A stretch of DNA of 64,000 bases from Geosiphon pyriformis uo1 (GCA_016748015.1 JAAOMT010000519.1:202046-266045), one strand, 5' to 3'. Positions 1 through 13,182 are shown, counted from the first letter of the stretch. Notes: generated from the letters alone by a model not told the origin. Made by a program: numbers and translations.

Positions 1-1080
1 TGTACTTGAACAACCCCAATTATATTACAAAATTTTATTTTATTTCATTATCAAATTATTTCATAGTTTAAATTATTTTGCCATATCCCTTCTTTTAAAT
101 AAATTATTATTAAATTTATTAAAAAACATTTACAATTAAAATGTAAAATTAAAACTGTACAATTTGTTATTATAATCTATTTTGTGTCAGAAATTGGTTT
201 TAAATTATTTTTAGAAATGTTTCTTTTGTTATAATTCTTAAAATAAGTAACAAAAGTATTACAATAAAAGTGTTTCAGCTGGACATTATAATTTAAAAAA
301 TTATAAAAATATAGTAAAGATTTATTATCTTTATTAAAAAATAAATTACCTTGAAAAAATAATTATGTTTCATCATATTAATTGAAAAAATATAACATTT
401 AATTTTTACTAAATTTATAACTTATCTATTAAATTATAATTAATATAATAATTCTACTATTTTTTAATAAAAATCTTTCCAATCATTAAACATCTTAATA
501 TTACAATTATATGTAACAATATTTTTTAAAAAATTGACAAGCTATAGTTAGCAAAATAATTTTTTTATTTGGTTGTAGGTTTTTATGGTAATTTCATAAG
601 TGATAATTATTTTCTCAATTTTTTTTTGTATTATTTAATTTTTTGAATATTAGTATTATTATGTAAATTATATCAAAAAATTTCAATGAATGATTATTTT
701 TTTTATAATAAAAATTATTTTTTTTATAAAATAAAATGATTTTTAAATCAAAATTTATTGTTCTTATTTTTTCGTATAAGTAAAATAAATAATTATCCTT
801 TGATTTAAATTTAATAAAATAATAAATCTTAGAATAAATAGTTAGATCTATAAAATTTATAATATTTTATATTATATAATTGGCTTAAAAAGCTGTTTAA
901 ATATTCATATAGTGTAAAAATATGTTATCAAACTTTTAAAAAAAAGAGTGTTAAATATTCTGTTTAATTTTGAATTAGTTATTTTGAAATAGTGCTTATT
1001 TATTGCTGTTTACCAATCATTTAAATGATAACAATTAATAATATATTTACAATTTCTATTTCAATCAGAACTTTAGTAAG
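1..1080. mobile_element. AT-extreme block, probable decayed repeat (truncated by the window edge)
   Basis: Same G/C-depleted composition as 39.5-42.9 kb; composition normalises near 1100. Confidence 0.28.
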
Positions 1081-1657
1081 AAATAAAATATTGTTTTTGA
1101 ATAAAGATATATGTATTCAAATTAAAGACCGCATGCATTGTGATGAGAGAAAATTTTGCTTTTAACACATGATTGTTGACCGTCCGAATCTTACGTTTAT
1201 AAGTAATAATTTTTTTGATAGAGAACATGATATAATCGTTGAAATGTTCTTTGAGCACATGAGCACTTAGTTTCCGATACCGAGAGTTATAGTTATTGGG
1301 CGTGACTCGAAGATTATCTTTTTTGAATCAAAAAATTTCACGGAATTTAGTTATCAAATCTGATATAATATCAACTGATACACTTTTCCCACAATGAACT
1401 AACATCTATTAAAGATTTCCCAATTTTCATATTATGGGGGTAAACAAAATAACGTTTCACAAAACTAAGGTATAGTAAATTTCAAGCGATCTGTATTCTT
1501 CCCACCCGTTCTGAACTTTGAGAAGAAAGAATATCTATATGAAATTGCAAAATTTAGAGTTTACCAAAATCTAGAGATCGTTGACAGCATATCACATATC
1601 ATTGTGGAAATTTTGAAGGCTCAAAGTCTTTTATAAACCTGTTTAACTTCAAACGCA

Positions 1658-3165
1658 ATGGTAGAAAATATAAAATCCAAACATAAAATTTTTATTCGAC
1701 GATCTCACAACTATCAAAATTATTCTGTCTTGCACACTATTATCTTCATTTATTTTCTCGGTGTTTTTTCACAAACATCAGCCTATATAATAACAAGAAA
1801 GGATGATGTTTTTCTTAAAAGTAATTTGATCGATAAAGATCTTCAAGTACCAGATAATTCAATTTTCCAGGAAAATGACGGTTATGCTGAAGAGATGTTG
1901 CATGAAAGTCCTCTCGAGATGCAAAAGACTAAGGATGACTTGAACTACGATCTTCTTTCAGATTCTGATTACATCATCTCACAGCCTAACTTTGGAATAA
2001 TTCCAAAATTACCTATCTCAAATATCAAACCCAACCTTATTTCGCAACCATATTTCACCATAGCAGAAAACGATGTTAAAAAGACAAAATGTGAATTTAA
2101 TATCCGACTAAACGCAAAACAGATTCGCCTTATAAAAGCTCAGAATAAACCAATAAGATTATTTGGAAAAGAATTCAATCAATATGCCCAATTAGCAAAT
2201 GGACCCTATTGTGCTCCTGACCCGAAATTTGATTTTTCATCTAAAATAAAAGGTAACTGAATAAACTTCACATTTTTGAGACTCCCTTAATCTTAATGAT
2301 TGAAAGCATCTTTCGAATATTTTCTAGGAAAAGGATTTACACAAAATAGTAAACTAATAATTGCCTTGAAAGGAGATGAAGAGAATTTAGATCAATATCT
2401 TAAACCAGAAAATATTCTTGTCCCATATGGACCTGGGATATTTAGCAACAATGGTATTGTTCATCAGAAGTTGCTAAATAATTTTCTAGTGGCTAAAGAT
2501 GCTTTCATGGCGAAGATTGGGAGTTTAATCCAGCTGGATGATCCTCAATTTGAACTTGTCTTTGTTGGGCATAGCTTAGGAGGAGGTATGATACATAACC
2601 TCTTAATGCTTCTTTCGTTTTCATTCATGAATTAATAAAGATATTGAAATGCAACGTTTCTTAGTTTACTCAATCCTAGGCGCTCTGGAACTCCTAATGT
2701 CAAATTTATTTCCAAATAGTATTACTATTTATACATTTGGTATCCCACCTTTCGGCGATGAATCCTTTGCTAAATTTGCATCATCTAACCTGGCCATCTA
2801 TCGTATCACAAACGTGATTGATGACGTTCCACAGATAAGTCATCCCTTTGAGCTTTTACCGAATCTCAAGCATGCGGGACAAGAGGTTTGGATAAAGAAT
2901 GATAAATTGCCAGCGGTTTATTGTTTGAAAAAAAATGGAGAGAAATGGCCTTATGGACATGAGAGTGACGTATGTAAAATTTTTTCGTTGAAAAAGTCGT
3001 ATGATTTTTTTTTCCATTTTTTAGGCAGAGAATTCTTACCGTTTATATTAATAAACCAAATTTTCATTTTGCTAGACTTGTATTCATGCCAGCTATATAA
3101 AGAAATATTCACGTCAATGCCATAATGGCCCTTACTTTGGAACAAGATTTGGGCGATGTGAATAA
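1658..3165 (+). CDS. Class 3 (Lipase_3, Rhizomucor-type) lipase, probably secreted, 4 exons, ~415 aa
   Basis: Exons 1658-2252, 2328-2585, 2665-2969, 3076-3165 join in frame (1248 nt); an alternative in-frame acceptor at 2306 is possible. Nucleophile elbow FVGHSLGG|VYS, YTFGIPPFGD, RITNVIDDVPQ (catalytic Asp) and terminal CHNGPYFG (catalytic His). Hydrophobic N-terminal segment IIFIYFLGVFSQTSA. Confidence 0.88.
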
Positions 3166-3581
3166 GCTGAAATTTTACAATTCTACATTAATCGACGCCA
3201 TCTTCTTTCCGAAAGACCAAAACCAAAACCAAATTCTAAACTCTCAAGTCTAAAATTTCTAAAAAAACGTTCTTCAAAGGGTAGCCCCTTTTTTTAACGT
3301 ACAAGTATGCATGCATGGATGTATTGCATGTTTTATCTGAATCGACAGTATCACTTTGCCTAATTGGTATTACGATCATAGCAATGGATGAAAAAATTTT
3401 GACCCCTAATTCAAAAGTTTTTGGCGATAGCAAACAATTTTTTCTTTTTTTAAAAACTGCAATTTTATTACGCTTGAATCTCAAAAGAAAATCATTTCTG
3501 GATTTGAAAAAGTATATAAAACCATTGTTTATGCAGCATTTGATTGTGGGAGAACGAAGTTAAAACTTTTTTAAATTTGAA

Positions 3582-5367
3582 ATGATAGTATCAGTAATAG
3601 ACCCAAATCTATCCGAGAACAATCAAATTCATAAAATATTTAGCCAAAAAATGAAATTATTGCCACCTGAGAAGTTAATTTTTCAAAAAAAAAACTTGGG
3701 CGATATCGACACAATAATCAATGTTGGTCCTCCGTTATCAGGTCAATCATTTCGAGGTCAATTTTCTGTTTTAAAAAATTGCGAATATTTCAGAGCAGCT
3801 TTAGCAAATAGCTGGGCCAAGAAAGATGATGACTTATTTAAAGTTGAAATTAAAAATATTTCACCAAAGATCTTTCATGTAATAATGTGGTAACTATTAT
3901 GCTTAACAAAGTGAAGGTGTATAGATTTAATCGAATGATTATTGATTTTCTAAAAATCCTTTTTTCTGTAGTCACATATATGAGCAAGAAATCTTGTTGG
4001 ATGAACTTAATGATGTTAAGAAGATAATGGAAATAATTTTAGCGGCTGACGAATTAATGCTACCAGATTTCGCGAAATTTTGTCAAAATTTTTTAATCAC
4101 TGGTTATAAGAAATGGGTTAACCGTAATCTCGTCCAAGTTCTAAACACAGCCTTCGAGCATCCTTTAATATTCGACGAATTAACCCGTAGAATAATTCAC
4201 AAAATGAGTCGAGGATCAGTTTCATTATTAAAGACAGCTCATTTGCACAAATTGGAAAAAAAGACATTAATAGCAGTGTTAGAGCGAGGTGGCGTTTTGA
4301 ATCCTGGATCAGCATGGGAACTTTGCTTAAGATGGTCATTTTCGCAAGTGCTAATTTTTGAAAAGGAAAAATATGAACTTGATATAAAAACTCTTAGTTG
4401 CTTTTCATCTACATCTATCGACTTGGCAACATCTACTCTTCTTTTGGATTCACTTCGGGAAAAAATAAGCATCCTTTTGAAATTCGTGCCATTTTCTCAA
4501 ATGTCTCACAATGATTTTATTGAAAAAGTGGTTCCTCATCGACAATTATTCTCTAAAGAAAGTATCGAATCTATTGAAAGTTTAAAGTATTATCTTGCGA
4601 TTTCTGATGACTTGGAGGAGCTTGAAATCCCCGCAACATTAACATTGGATCCACTACTACCGTCATCCAACCTTCCAAAAAATTTTAAATCAATAATGGA
4701 GAATTCATCTCTTATTAATCATCTTCATACAGATATTATAATTGGTTGGATTACTTTCTATCGCCAAGATCAATATTCAAAGTTTAATTCTAAAGGTAAC
4801 GAAACCACTGGTATGAAACCTCGATCAAGACTCTCGACTTCTTCTCTTTTCAAACGTCTTTACCAAAATATTCAAGACAAAACCATGAATCGTGAAAAAA
4901 GAAAGCAACAGAAACGCCTTTCAGAATATTCATTTATAATGTCAAAGTATAAATTTAGCTTGATATATCGACATACACGAGACAAATATACCTTCAAAGA
5001 TTATAGACTTTGGTGTCACAATACTGGCCCAATTGTAGTTATCACGAGAATTCGAGATTCTCGTACTTTGATTGGAGGATATTGTGACTCATTAAAAAAT
5101 CAGGATCCTAACACAATATCGGAAGGCCTGAGTTTTACTTTTGAAGATTCAGAAAATTTGGAAAAAGCCGGAAAGTATTTCCTCAATTGTGGCACATATT
5201 CTTTTGATGGTTCTTGCTTTGGGATTGATGATCTGATTTTGGATTTCACTAGTTCACGAGGATCTTTCAAACAAGAACCTGATACGGAAGGAGATGATTT
5301 CTCGAGAGACCAAAAAAAATTCACATTTGATGAATGCGAGATTTTTCAGATTATTCATGAGGAATAA
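3582..5367 (+). CDS. BTB/POZ-BACK-TLDc domain protein (divergent)
   Basis: Exons 3582-3889 and 3972-5367 join in frame (IMC|HIY). BTB-like EYFRAALANSWAKK..NISPKIFHVI and EIILAADELML; BACK-like helical region; TLDc-like C-terminus FSLIYRHTRD..CHNTGPIVV..LIGGY..DECEIFQI. The start could instead be ATG 3651. Confidence 0.85.
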
Positions 5368-6350
5368 GTAGTAGTTTTAGATGAGGAAAAGACATTTAAT
5401 TTGTCTCAAATTGTCCATAGTGATTTATCCATTTTCCTTAATTATTGAATCAATTTTTTGTGGCTTTCATAGTTTCAGTTAAAATAAAAAATCTTATGTT
5501 GCGTCAAAGTGGAGCTTAGGCAGGAACTTTAATTTTATTTGATATTCAAAAGAATAAAATTCTGAATTTGTTTTAAATTATGGAAATAACGCAAAAATAC
5601 CTTTTGTGTCTTCAGTTTTCAGATTGAAGCAAAAGGAAAAAAGATATAAAGTCAATAAAACCAACAATTTTCAGGTATTCAAACTCAACTGATATTAACA
5701 AATAAATATGACAATATTTCTAACCAGATTCAAAAATAAGTTTTTTATATTATATTTTAAGCTTTGAGATACCACCCTCGAAGCCGGCGGTTTGAGGCTC
5801 ATCTCGAATAGAAAATAATCCTTTAAATAATTTAAGGAGATATTTTATTCTGGATTTATCTTGGACAATAATTTTAGATCAAGTTAAATATTAAAAAAAA
5901 CGTGTTTTTTAAGGTTTCATAAAATGCTTTTGGGTATCAATAAATTTCATTCATAATAAAATTTTGCACGAAAATAGATTCCCAACTGATTTTTTCATGT
6001 TGGTATAAAAAATTTAAAGACATACAAACTTGTCCAGTTTTTCCCTTTTAATTCTTAACCTGGTTGGTCAGGACGCGTAATAAAAACTTTGGATTAGGAT
6101 AATTATTCGAGTTGGAAATCTAAAATATTGAAATTGGGCAAATTATCATTCTGATGCTGGAGGCAAGCTAGTACTAATTTGTAAAATAACTGTTATGTGA
6201 ATAATTCCCTCCAGGATTAGATAAACATGACAATGCTCTTTACGCTAGCTAATCTTAAATTCCCACTGACCGGTGGCATCATATTAGGATTGGAATCTTC
6301 AATTAAAAATGTATAGTTCAATAGCAAAAGTTATAAATTATAATTAAATG

Positions 6351-6479
6351 TGGGAAATATTGAATACCAGGCATCAGAACAAAAGTAAGATCTAAACATC
6401 TCATCATCCCATCGGAATCGAACCCTATCAGGAATGGGGAATATTGAATAGGAGGAATCAGGGCAAAGAGTAAGATATA
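6351..6479. repeat. Imperfect ~44-bp direct repeat pair
   Basis: tgggaaatattgaataccaggcatcagaacaaaagtaagatcta (6351-6394) versus tggggaatattgaataggaggaatcagggcaaagagtaagatata (6435-6479). Confidence 0.6.
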
Positions 6480-7486
6480 ATTGAAAATTTTAATATTAAA
6501 TAATCTTATCAGTCACTATTTAATATTGCTTCATAACCATTAAATCAGCTGAGGGGAATTGAACTCAAAATCTCCCGCTTTAATCCACATCCTTTTGGAA
6601 GATCTATTTCAAGATCTTCTAAATATTAACAAAATAATTGAATTTTGAAACTTTGTGATAGTATTCCATCACACTTGTCAAAAAACAAACATTTAAGAAA
6701 TTATCCGAAATTATTTTTATTTTTGAAATATCTTTCTCAATTTCTATTGGATAATCGAAAGTAAATTATTTGTTTTGAATGCACTGGTTTTCCAGAGGAA
6801 CTAATGATCGAAAAACAGGATAAAAAATTTCGAGAAAACAGATACCATTTCATGCAGAAAGCCCATAATTATTCGAAGTATAGGCGTAAAAATTTATTGC
6901 TAAGGAAACATCTAGAAGGAAGGAGATTGTCACTTTTTCTTTAAAAAACTTTAATTTCTTCAAATCGAAAAATTAGATGAAAATACTAAAAAGACTTTCA
7001 ATGTTATTTTTTATTTTCCGGAAAAAGACTAGAGAATTATAGATTTCTTTTAAAATTTAAAGTGTTTTCCTGAGCTTTTCATTAAGTTTGTCTTAATAAC
7101 TTAATAATCGTATTATTCTAATGAAGATTAAATTTAAACTCGAATCTCGAAACAAGGAGTGTTAAAATATTCAAGAAATATTTGGGTTTGTGATAAATGA
7201 CAAAACAAATCGATATCAATGTTGAAATTTCCCAGAATTTATTTCTTCTGTTTCCCAACAGAATAGGTGCCAAAGGGATCTGATGATACAAACCTATCAT
7301 TAGTTGACAAAAGAAATAACAGGTATCAGACATTCAAGGAGAACGATCAAGTGATTTTTTTCGTCAATGTTAAAAGTCGAGAGGTAAAATGGAGAAAATT
7401 TTAAAATTTGTTGAATGAAATATTTTTTTGCATCTAATGTTTTAGGAAGAAACATATTGCAAGAGCTCCTTTAAAACTTTTTAATT

Positions 7487-8980
7487 ATGCAAAACCTTTT
7501 CTTAATAATTTTTGTAATCATTTCTTGTTATGTTGGCCTGTTGAAGGCAGACAATGAAGGCCCTATGTGTGGGGTGCAGAGTTTAACACAAGGTGAGAAA
7601 CATTTGCCAGTAATTTTAAAGCTATTTCATTCACTCCAAAATATAAAATAAATTGATCCTGAAACATTTATTCTTTAGCATCATGTATCAATGGTGGATG
7701 CTGCTCGCAATACGGGTATGATAAAATTCGAAAATTGTTTCTCAAGCGAAATACTGAGGGCCGAATTTATAAAATTGGGATAACATCTCAATCATGAGAT
7801 GTCATCACATATTCACTTCTATGCACAGAACATAAATATTTTATTACTTGAATCTGAAGGCATGATCAATGATAAAAATCTTGCTTTTGGCGTTTCTTTT
7901 TCTAGATATTGCGGTACAACTCTCCCATGGTGCGGTCCAGGTTGTCAAAAAAAATTTGGCCTATGCAATGACTCAAAGAGTCTCGCTGGCAGTAATATGA
8001 TTATCCCTTTGGAAACAACAATTGTTAGAAGCAAAAAAGGTGTAGGAAAAATCGTAAAAGTGAAACCAAACCGAAGAAAAAAACCCAGCAAAACAAAATT
8101 TCCTAATGGCCTGGCGCCGGTTATAATTACTTGTTCAGAGCCAAAAACTATTGCTATGGTCAGTTAACTTGTTTAAAAAATTAAGCTATGGTTCATATAT
8201 TTTTGTCAAATTTATCTCAAGTTAAAAAATTTTCCAGTCATTTGACGACGGTCCAGCAGATGTAAGTACTTTTCCTCATAATCATTATATCTCTAGGTGG
8301 AATTTCAGATGTCTGAGGACTAATGTTTTTTTGTCATTTCTCCAAATCTTTAGGGAACTGCCGGACTTCTTGATATCTTGAAAGAGAAAGGAATTAAAGC
8401 AACTTTCTTTGTAAATGGTGCAAACAGAGTTTGTATCTATGACTACATAAGCACCATTAAAAGGATAGTGGACGAAGGACATCAACTGGCACATCATACT
8501 TGGAACCATCCAAGTCTTCCAACTTTAAGTGATGACAAAATAGAAGAGCAAATGACAAAACTTGACGAAGCTCTTCGTCGTATTGTTGGGTTAGTGCCCA
8601 GTTATATGCGTCCTCCTTATGCTGATGGAATCGATGATGATCGAGTTCGAGGAGTTATTGGGAGACTAGGTTATCAAATGATTAAATGGAATATTGATCC
8701 TGGTGATGCAACGGATAATGCAGATAATTTAGAAGCACAAAAGGCTACTTTCTTGAATCAAACCAGTGAATCTCCATTTCCAGAAACTCATATTGTAATT
8801 AATCATGATAGTTCTTTAACTACAACTACGCAACTCGCTCCATTTGAAATTGATTCCTTCGCCGCGGCTGGCTATACATTTAAGACGGTCGGTGAGTGTT
8901 TAGGTGATAAGAAGGGTTGGTATAAGGAACGAGTTCAGCCTCAAACCTACGACCCTGAAACTTGGGTTTGTGACAATTGA
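7487..8980 (+). CDS. Secreted chitin deacetylase (CE4/NodB) with N-terminal hevein/CBM18 chitin-binding domain, 5 exons, ~348 aa
   Basis: Exons 7487-7592, 7679-7715, 7906-8158, 8238-8261, 8354-8980 (1047 nt, in frame). Signal peptide MQNLFLIIFVIISCYVGLLKA; 8-Cys hevein CGVQSLTQASCINGGCCSQYGYCGTTLPWCGPGCQKKFGLC; CE4 motifs SFDDGP, HTWNH, MRPPY, WNIDPGD, IVINHD. Confidence 0.92.
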
Positions 8981-9816
8981 TTGATTTTGTCACCATTATT
9001 TCTATCTAAAATGATAAGATGAGGTTTAGTATAGTCAGTAACTTGTTTTTAGACATTACCTTCAAAATTTCTATAATATTTTTAATATCGGTTTAGAAGG
9101 TATAAATAGAGATAAATCTAGTTGAGAAACAAAATCGTATTATTTTGAAATTTCTTTTTGAATTAAAAAAACCTATTTTCGTTCACTATCTTGTTCAAAG
9201 AAACGTGATTATAAGTGAGGCCCAATTATGAAAGACCTAAGACGTGGGAGTTTTTTTTACAATTATAACTTTTTGAAAATTATATGGCTAAAGAGATTTT
9301 ATGTAAAGTTCTCCTTAATTAAATCTCCTTTTCCTTCCGATTTCGAAACACGTTCACGACAAAGAGCAATCTTTTCAAAAAAACTGGCAGCTTGAAAGAG
9401 ACGTAGTCACGCATCAAGCTACCCTTCAATAATTTAAAATAAAGAATTTTAAGACCAACGAAAGGTCTAATAGGCTTTGTAATTATTATAATTAAAATCA
9501 AACAATTTTAAAGAACTAAGCAAAAAATTTGAACATATCTTTAAGCCTTTTTTGTTCAATTTACTCTCTTAGTGATTTTATTGCAAACTAAAATATTTCC
9601 TCATTATTAAATTTCGTCCAATCATATCTTGTCAAAAGTCTATTTTTATTTTTCCAATCAAAAATAATAAAGTAAATGCCAAGCCTCATTCATTCCAATT
9701 GAACAAGCGATATTGATAAAATTGCTATGACGAAACGTGTCTAATTAGTCAATAACAATGATGCTTCGGTATGTATAAATAATTTATGAAAAAGTCACTC
9801 AACCTTTACAAAAAAA

Positions 9817-10370
9817 ATGAACGCCAAAACAGAAAACGGAAGATTGGGAGAGCTTCAAGTACGAATTCGTAAGTAAAGAGGAACACATAATAAACGTGTT
9901 TTGCTAAAGATTCTCAAGTCTGAATTAAATAAGTAAATACCTAATAAGTTTTCTATTCTTTTTCCCATATAAAGTTGAAGGCAGAAATATCAAGGCCATG
10001 GATTTATTTGGTAATTAATACAAGAACTCTGATTTTTAACATTGAAAATTATAAAATTGATTTCATTTTCAATTACTGTTTTTTGTCGAAAATTTTTTAA
10101 ATTTTTTAAAAATCAGGCCACCCATTTGTTGAATTTTGGTTAGACGAGAATCAAAAGGAAAGGACTGAAACAAGGCATAATGCAAATTATCCTGTTTGGT
10201 TAAAAGAAAATATATTGTAAATATTAAAAACTTAACTTTTTAAAACTTTGAATTACTGACTAAGAAATATTTTAAATTTCATAATTTCAGCCAAATCACA
10301 AGTCGAGAAGATCATTTATATTTTCGTCTTATTTACCAAGGTCTGGTTCACAATCATATGGTAAATATTT

Positions 10371-10411
<41 letters not shown>

Positions 10412-10635
10412 CTTTTTCATAATATTAATCTGATTTTAATAAAATAATTTATTTTTCGAACTTTGCAAAGGTTGGCGAAACAATAATTGATTTAGAACCG
10501 ATTTATACAAAATTTTTCATGGATGTTTGGGTTAATGTTGGAACCCCAAAAATTTTGGAAGATCGGGGAGAGATACATATTGTTGTAGAATATTTTCCAT
10601 CCCAAGCTTATAATAATGAATGTGAATGCAGTTGA
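9817..10635 (+). CDS. Small single C2-domain protein, 5 exons, ~140 aa (not in ORF track)
   Basis: Exons 9817-9868, 9975-10010, 10117-10216, 10291-10360, 10471-10635 (423 nt, all GT..AG, in frame): MNAKTENGRLGELQVRILEGRNIKAMDLFGHPFVEFWLDENQKERTETRHNANYPVWLKENIFQITSREDHLYFRLIYQGLVHNHMVGETIIDLEPIYTKFFMDVWVNVGTPKILEDRGEIHIVVEYFPSQAYNNECECS. Matches the C2 pattern (G.L.V.I.EGRNL..MD..G..PFV; P.W; L.F; GE..IDL; GEI.I). Confidence 0.82.
10375..10409 (+). repeat. Poly(A) tract (~35 nt) inside intron 4 of the C2 gene
   Basis: Directly visible. Confidence 0.9.
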
Positions 10636-10696
10636 TTTAATTTGTAGATTATTTTTATAGAAACTCTTTCTTAGACTTTTTTGCAATATTGTAATG

Positions 10697-10697
<1 letters not shown>

Positions 10698-10728
<31 letters not shown>
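10698..10728. repeat. (ATT)n microsatellite
   Basis: Directly visible, just 3' of the C2 gene stop. Confidence 0.9.
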
Positions 10729-10729
<1 letters not shown>

Positions 10730-12495
10730 TAATATTGAAATACTTTATTGTTTTCAACAAATTTTTGGGCTCGAAAAATTTAATTCTTTTCTAATAATAA
10801 AATTTAACTAGTAGCAATTTTGCAGTAAAATTGTTCAAAGCAAATTTATATTTAGCTAAATATATTCACACAAAACAAACAAATAAACGTGAAAAATTTC
10901 AACAAAATAAGATACAGTAATGTATTTTACGAACTGGGTCTTTTTTATTAAATAATTTTAAAAGAATCAAATAATTTCTCTTTACCATTTCTTTATAAAA
11001 TCTTTAATTATTTATTTATTTGTATTCTATATAATTCACTTTTCCAAAATCCAACTTATAAACTTTTTTATTTTGACCTTTAGACATTTAACAAAGATTT
11101 TTAATAAGCGAAATGACAAAGAATTCTTCTTTCAAGTTTTTGTTTGAACTTGTCACTTTATTAGGACTAGGCAATGTAACTGATATGTCTTTATACAATT
11201 TTTTAAAGTCAATTTTCGAATTTTACCTTTAATTACTAATGAAAAATCTATAATAATTATCAAGAACTATTTCTTTGTTTAATAAATACTTGAATAAAGG
11301 TTCCTTTGTTCAAAATAATATTATTATTGAGATCTTTTTTGTGTTAATTTTTTACAAAAAAATATTTGTACGCATGGACTGCAAATTTACTATTTTTAAT
11401 TAACGATTCTATTCAAAATTTTTAATGAATTAAAAATATCTCTGGATATTATTATTAATTTCTATTTTTATCAACGTTTGTATTTGTTGTGGTCTGAATT
11501 ACAAATCAAAAAATATTCAATCATTCTCCCCAAAAATTAATTCTCACTCTAACCCTAATTCGAAACACATCCTTATTAGGAAAACTGTGATTTGGGGTAC
11601 AACATGCTGAATTTTCGCTTACCCAGTTATGGAAATGATTGAATAAAGGATGAAAAATGTTGTAATCAAGTCAAAGGGGAAACAGGCATCGAAATTAGGA
11701 ACTTGACTATTTGACTTTAAATTTACAGTGCATAAAATGTACATAATCGCCCATAAAATTTACATTATCAATCAAATATAAAAACTTTTTTATCTCATTT
11801 GTATAAATTTTTGTTCCTTTATTAAATGTCTTTTATGCTAAGAGTCTTGTGAAATGAGATATTTTCCTTTGTCAGTTAATTCGATAGGAAGATTGAGTTA
11901 TGAAAGAATTTTGATGTCAAGAAATTCCTAAAAACGTGAATGAATGTAGTGTGAGATGAACAGTTGATGAAATTCCCAGTAATACGCGTGCGTGAAAGAT
12001 TTCTTTCCCAATTTTAATGAAAATTTTTTCAAGCCTTGTTGAGAAACGTTTTTTAAGTTACTTTTCGAATCAAGGTTTGTGGTAGCCATCTTACAAAGAT
12101 GGAAACAATCCTATGTTCAACGTAAAAGATTTACGTGCTCCTGTAATTCAGATGAGCACATGTATTACGTTAGACTTTACCCTTGTGTAAATGGCTTTGA
12201 ATTATTTAAGATTTCATACTTTTTTGGGAAAAGCACAATGTTTTGCATCAAAATAAAAAAATAAATAGTATAAAATATTTTTAAACTGTACCATTAACAA
12301 AGAGAGCTCTTTTTTCTGTATAAAAGAAGTAGGAATCTTGAATAGAATTTCTTAATAGTTTGATTCATCTTTTTTTTTTTTTCTTTGAAATTTCGAAAAG
12401 CAATTAAACCAAAGAAATTGAAATTTTCCCAACTGTATTTTTGAAAATCAATTCCAAACAGCTTTATAATTACTGAAAACGAATATTCAATCAAA

Positions 12496-13182
12496 ATGTT
12501 TTCATCATCCTCTTTAATAATCACCGCCTTGACCACAATTATTGGCTTTTCAATACTTATACTCGGAAATCCAATCCCCCAATTTCCCCAATTTCCCTTT
12601 CCTTTACAATATCTGAATGCTCAGTTCACTGGTAAAGGTGGTATTTACGGTACAGTTAGTTTCTTGAACTCTCCACAAAATCCTTCCTCCCAACTGGGTA
12701 CCAAAGTTTTGGTAAATATTTGGCAAGGTCTTACTAACACTACCAGTGAAGGCTATCCTTATCATATTCACGAGCTACCGATTGGACCTGACGGAACTTG
12801 TGCCTCCACTGGTCCACATCTCGACCCTGCAGGTGTAAATAAAGTGCCATTAGGTACTAAATATGTTTGTGACAGGACTAAACCGGAAGCTTGTGAAGAA
12901 GGGGATTTAAGCGGTAAACACGGAACACTTCCTGGATCTTTATGGGGTGGTGCTCAAGCATATTACGATGATCGTTTTCTTATTTGGGATGGTGACGCTA
13001 GTGCTACGATCAAAGGCCGTTCTATCGTAATTCATAATCCTGATGGTAAGCAAAAAAATCCAAATGAAAATTTAGCAAAATAATTTTTTTTTTTTTTGAA
13101 ATGAAAAATTAATTTTTATTTTCTCTCCCTACTTTTTTATCTAAAAATAGGTTCACGATTAAGCTGCGCAAATCTTGTTTGA
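12496..13182 (+). CDS. Secreted Cu-only superoxide dismutase (SOD5-like member of the Cu/Zn-SOD fold)
   Basis: Exons 12496-13045 and 13151-13182. Signal peptide; Cu ligands YHIHE, GPHLDP, SIVIH; CEEGDLSGKHG; ends HNPDGSRLSCANLV. Lacks the two Zn-specific His and the electrostatic loop. Confidence 0.9.

Noticed and set aside
4118-5324. Minus-strand ORFs inside the BTB-TLDc gene (likewise 2951-3145, 8285-8509, 14392-14691, 24986-25401, 26684-26908, 28436-28789, 49355-49756, 50562-51030)
   Set aside because: Antisense shadows of well-supported genes; no independent motifs.
10492-10686. Minus-strand 64-aa ORF
   Set aside because: Antisense to the last exon of the reconstructed C2 gene.
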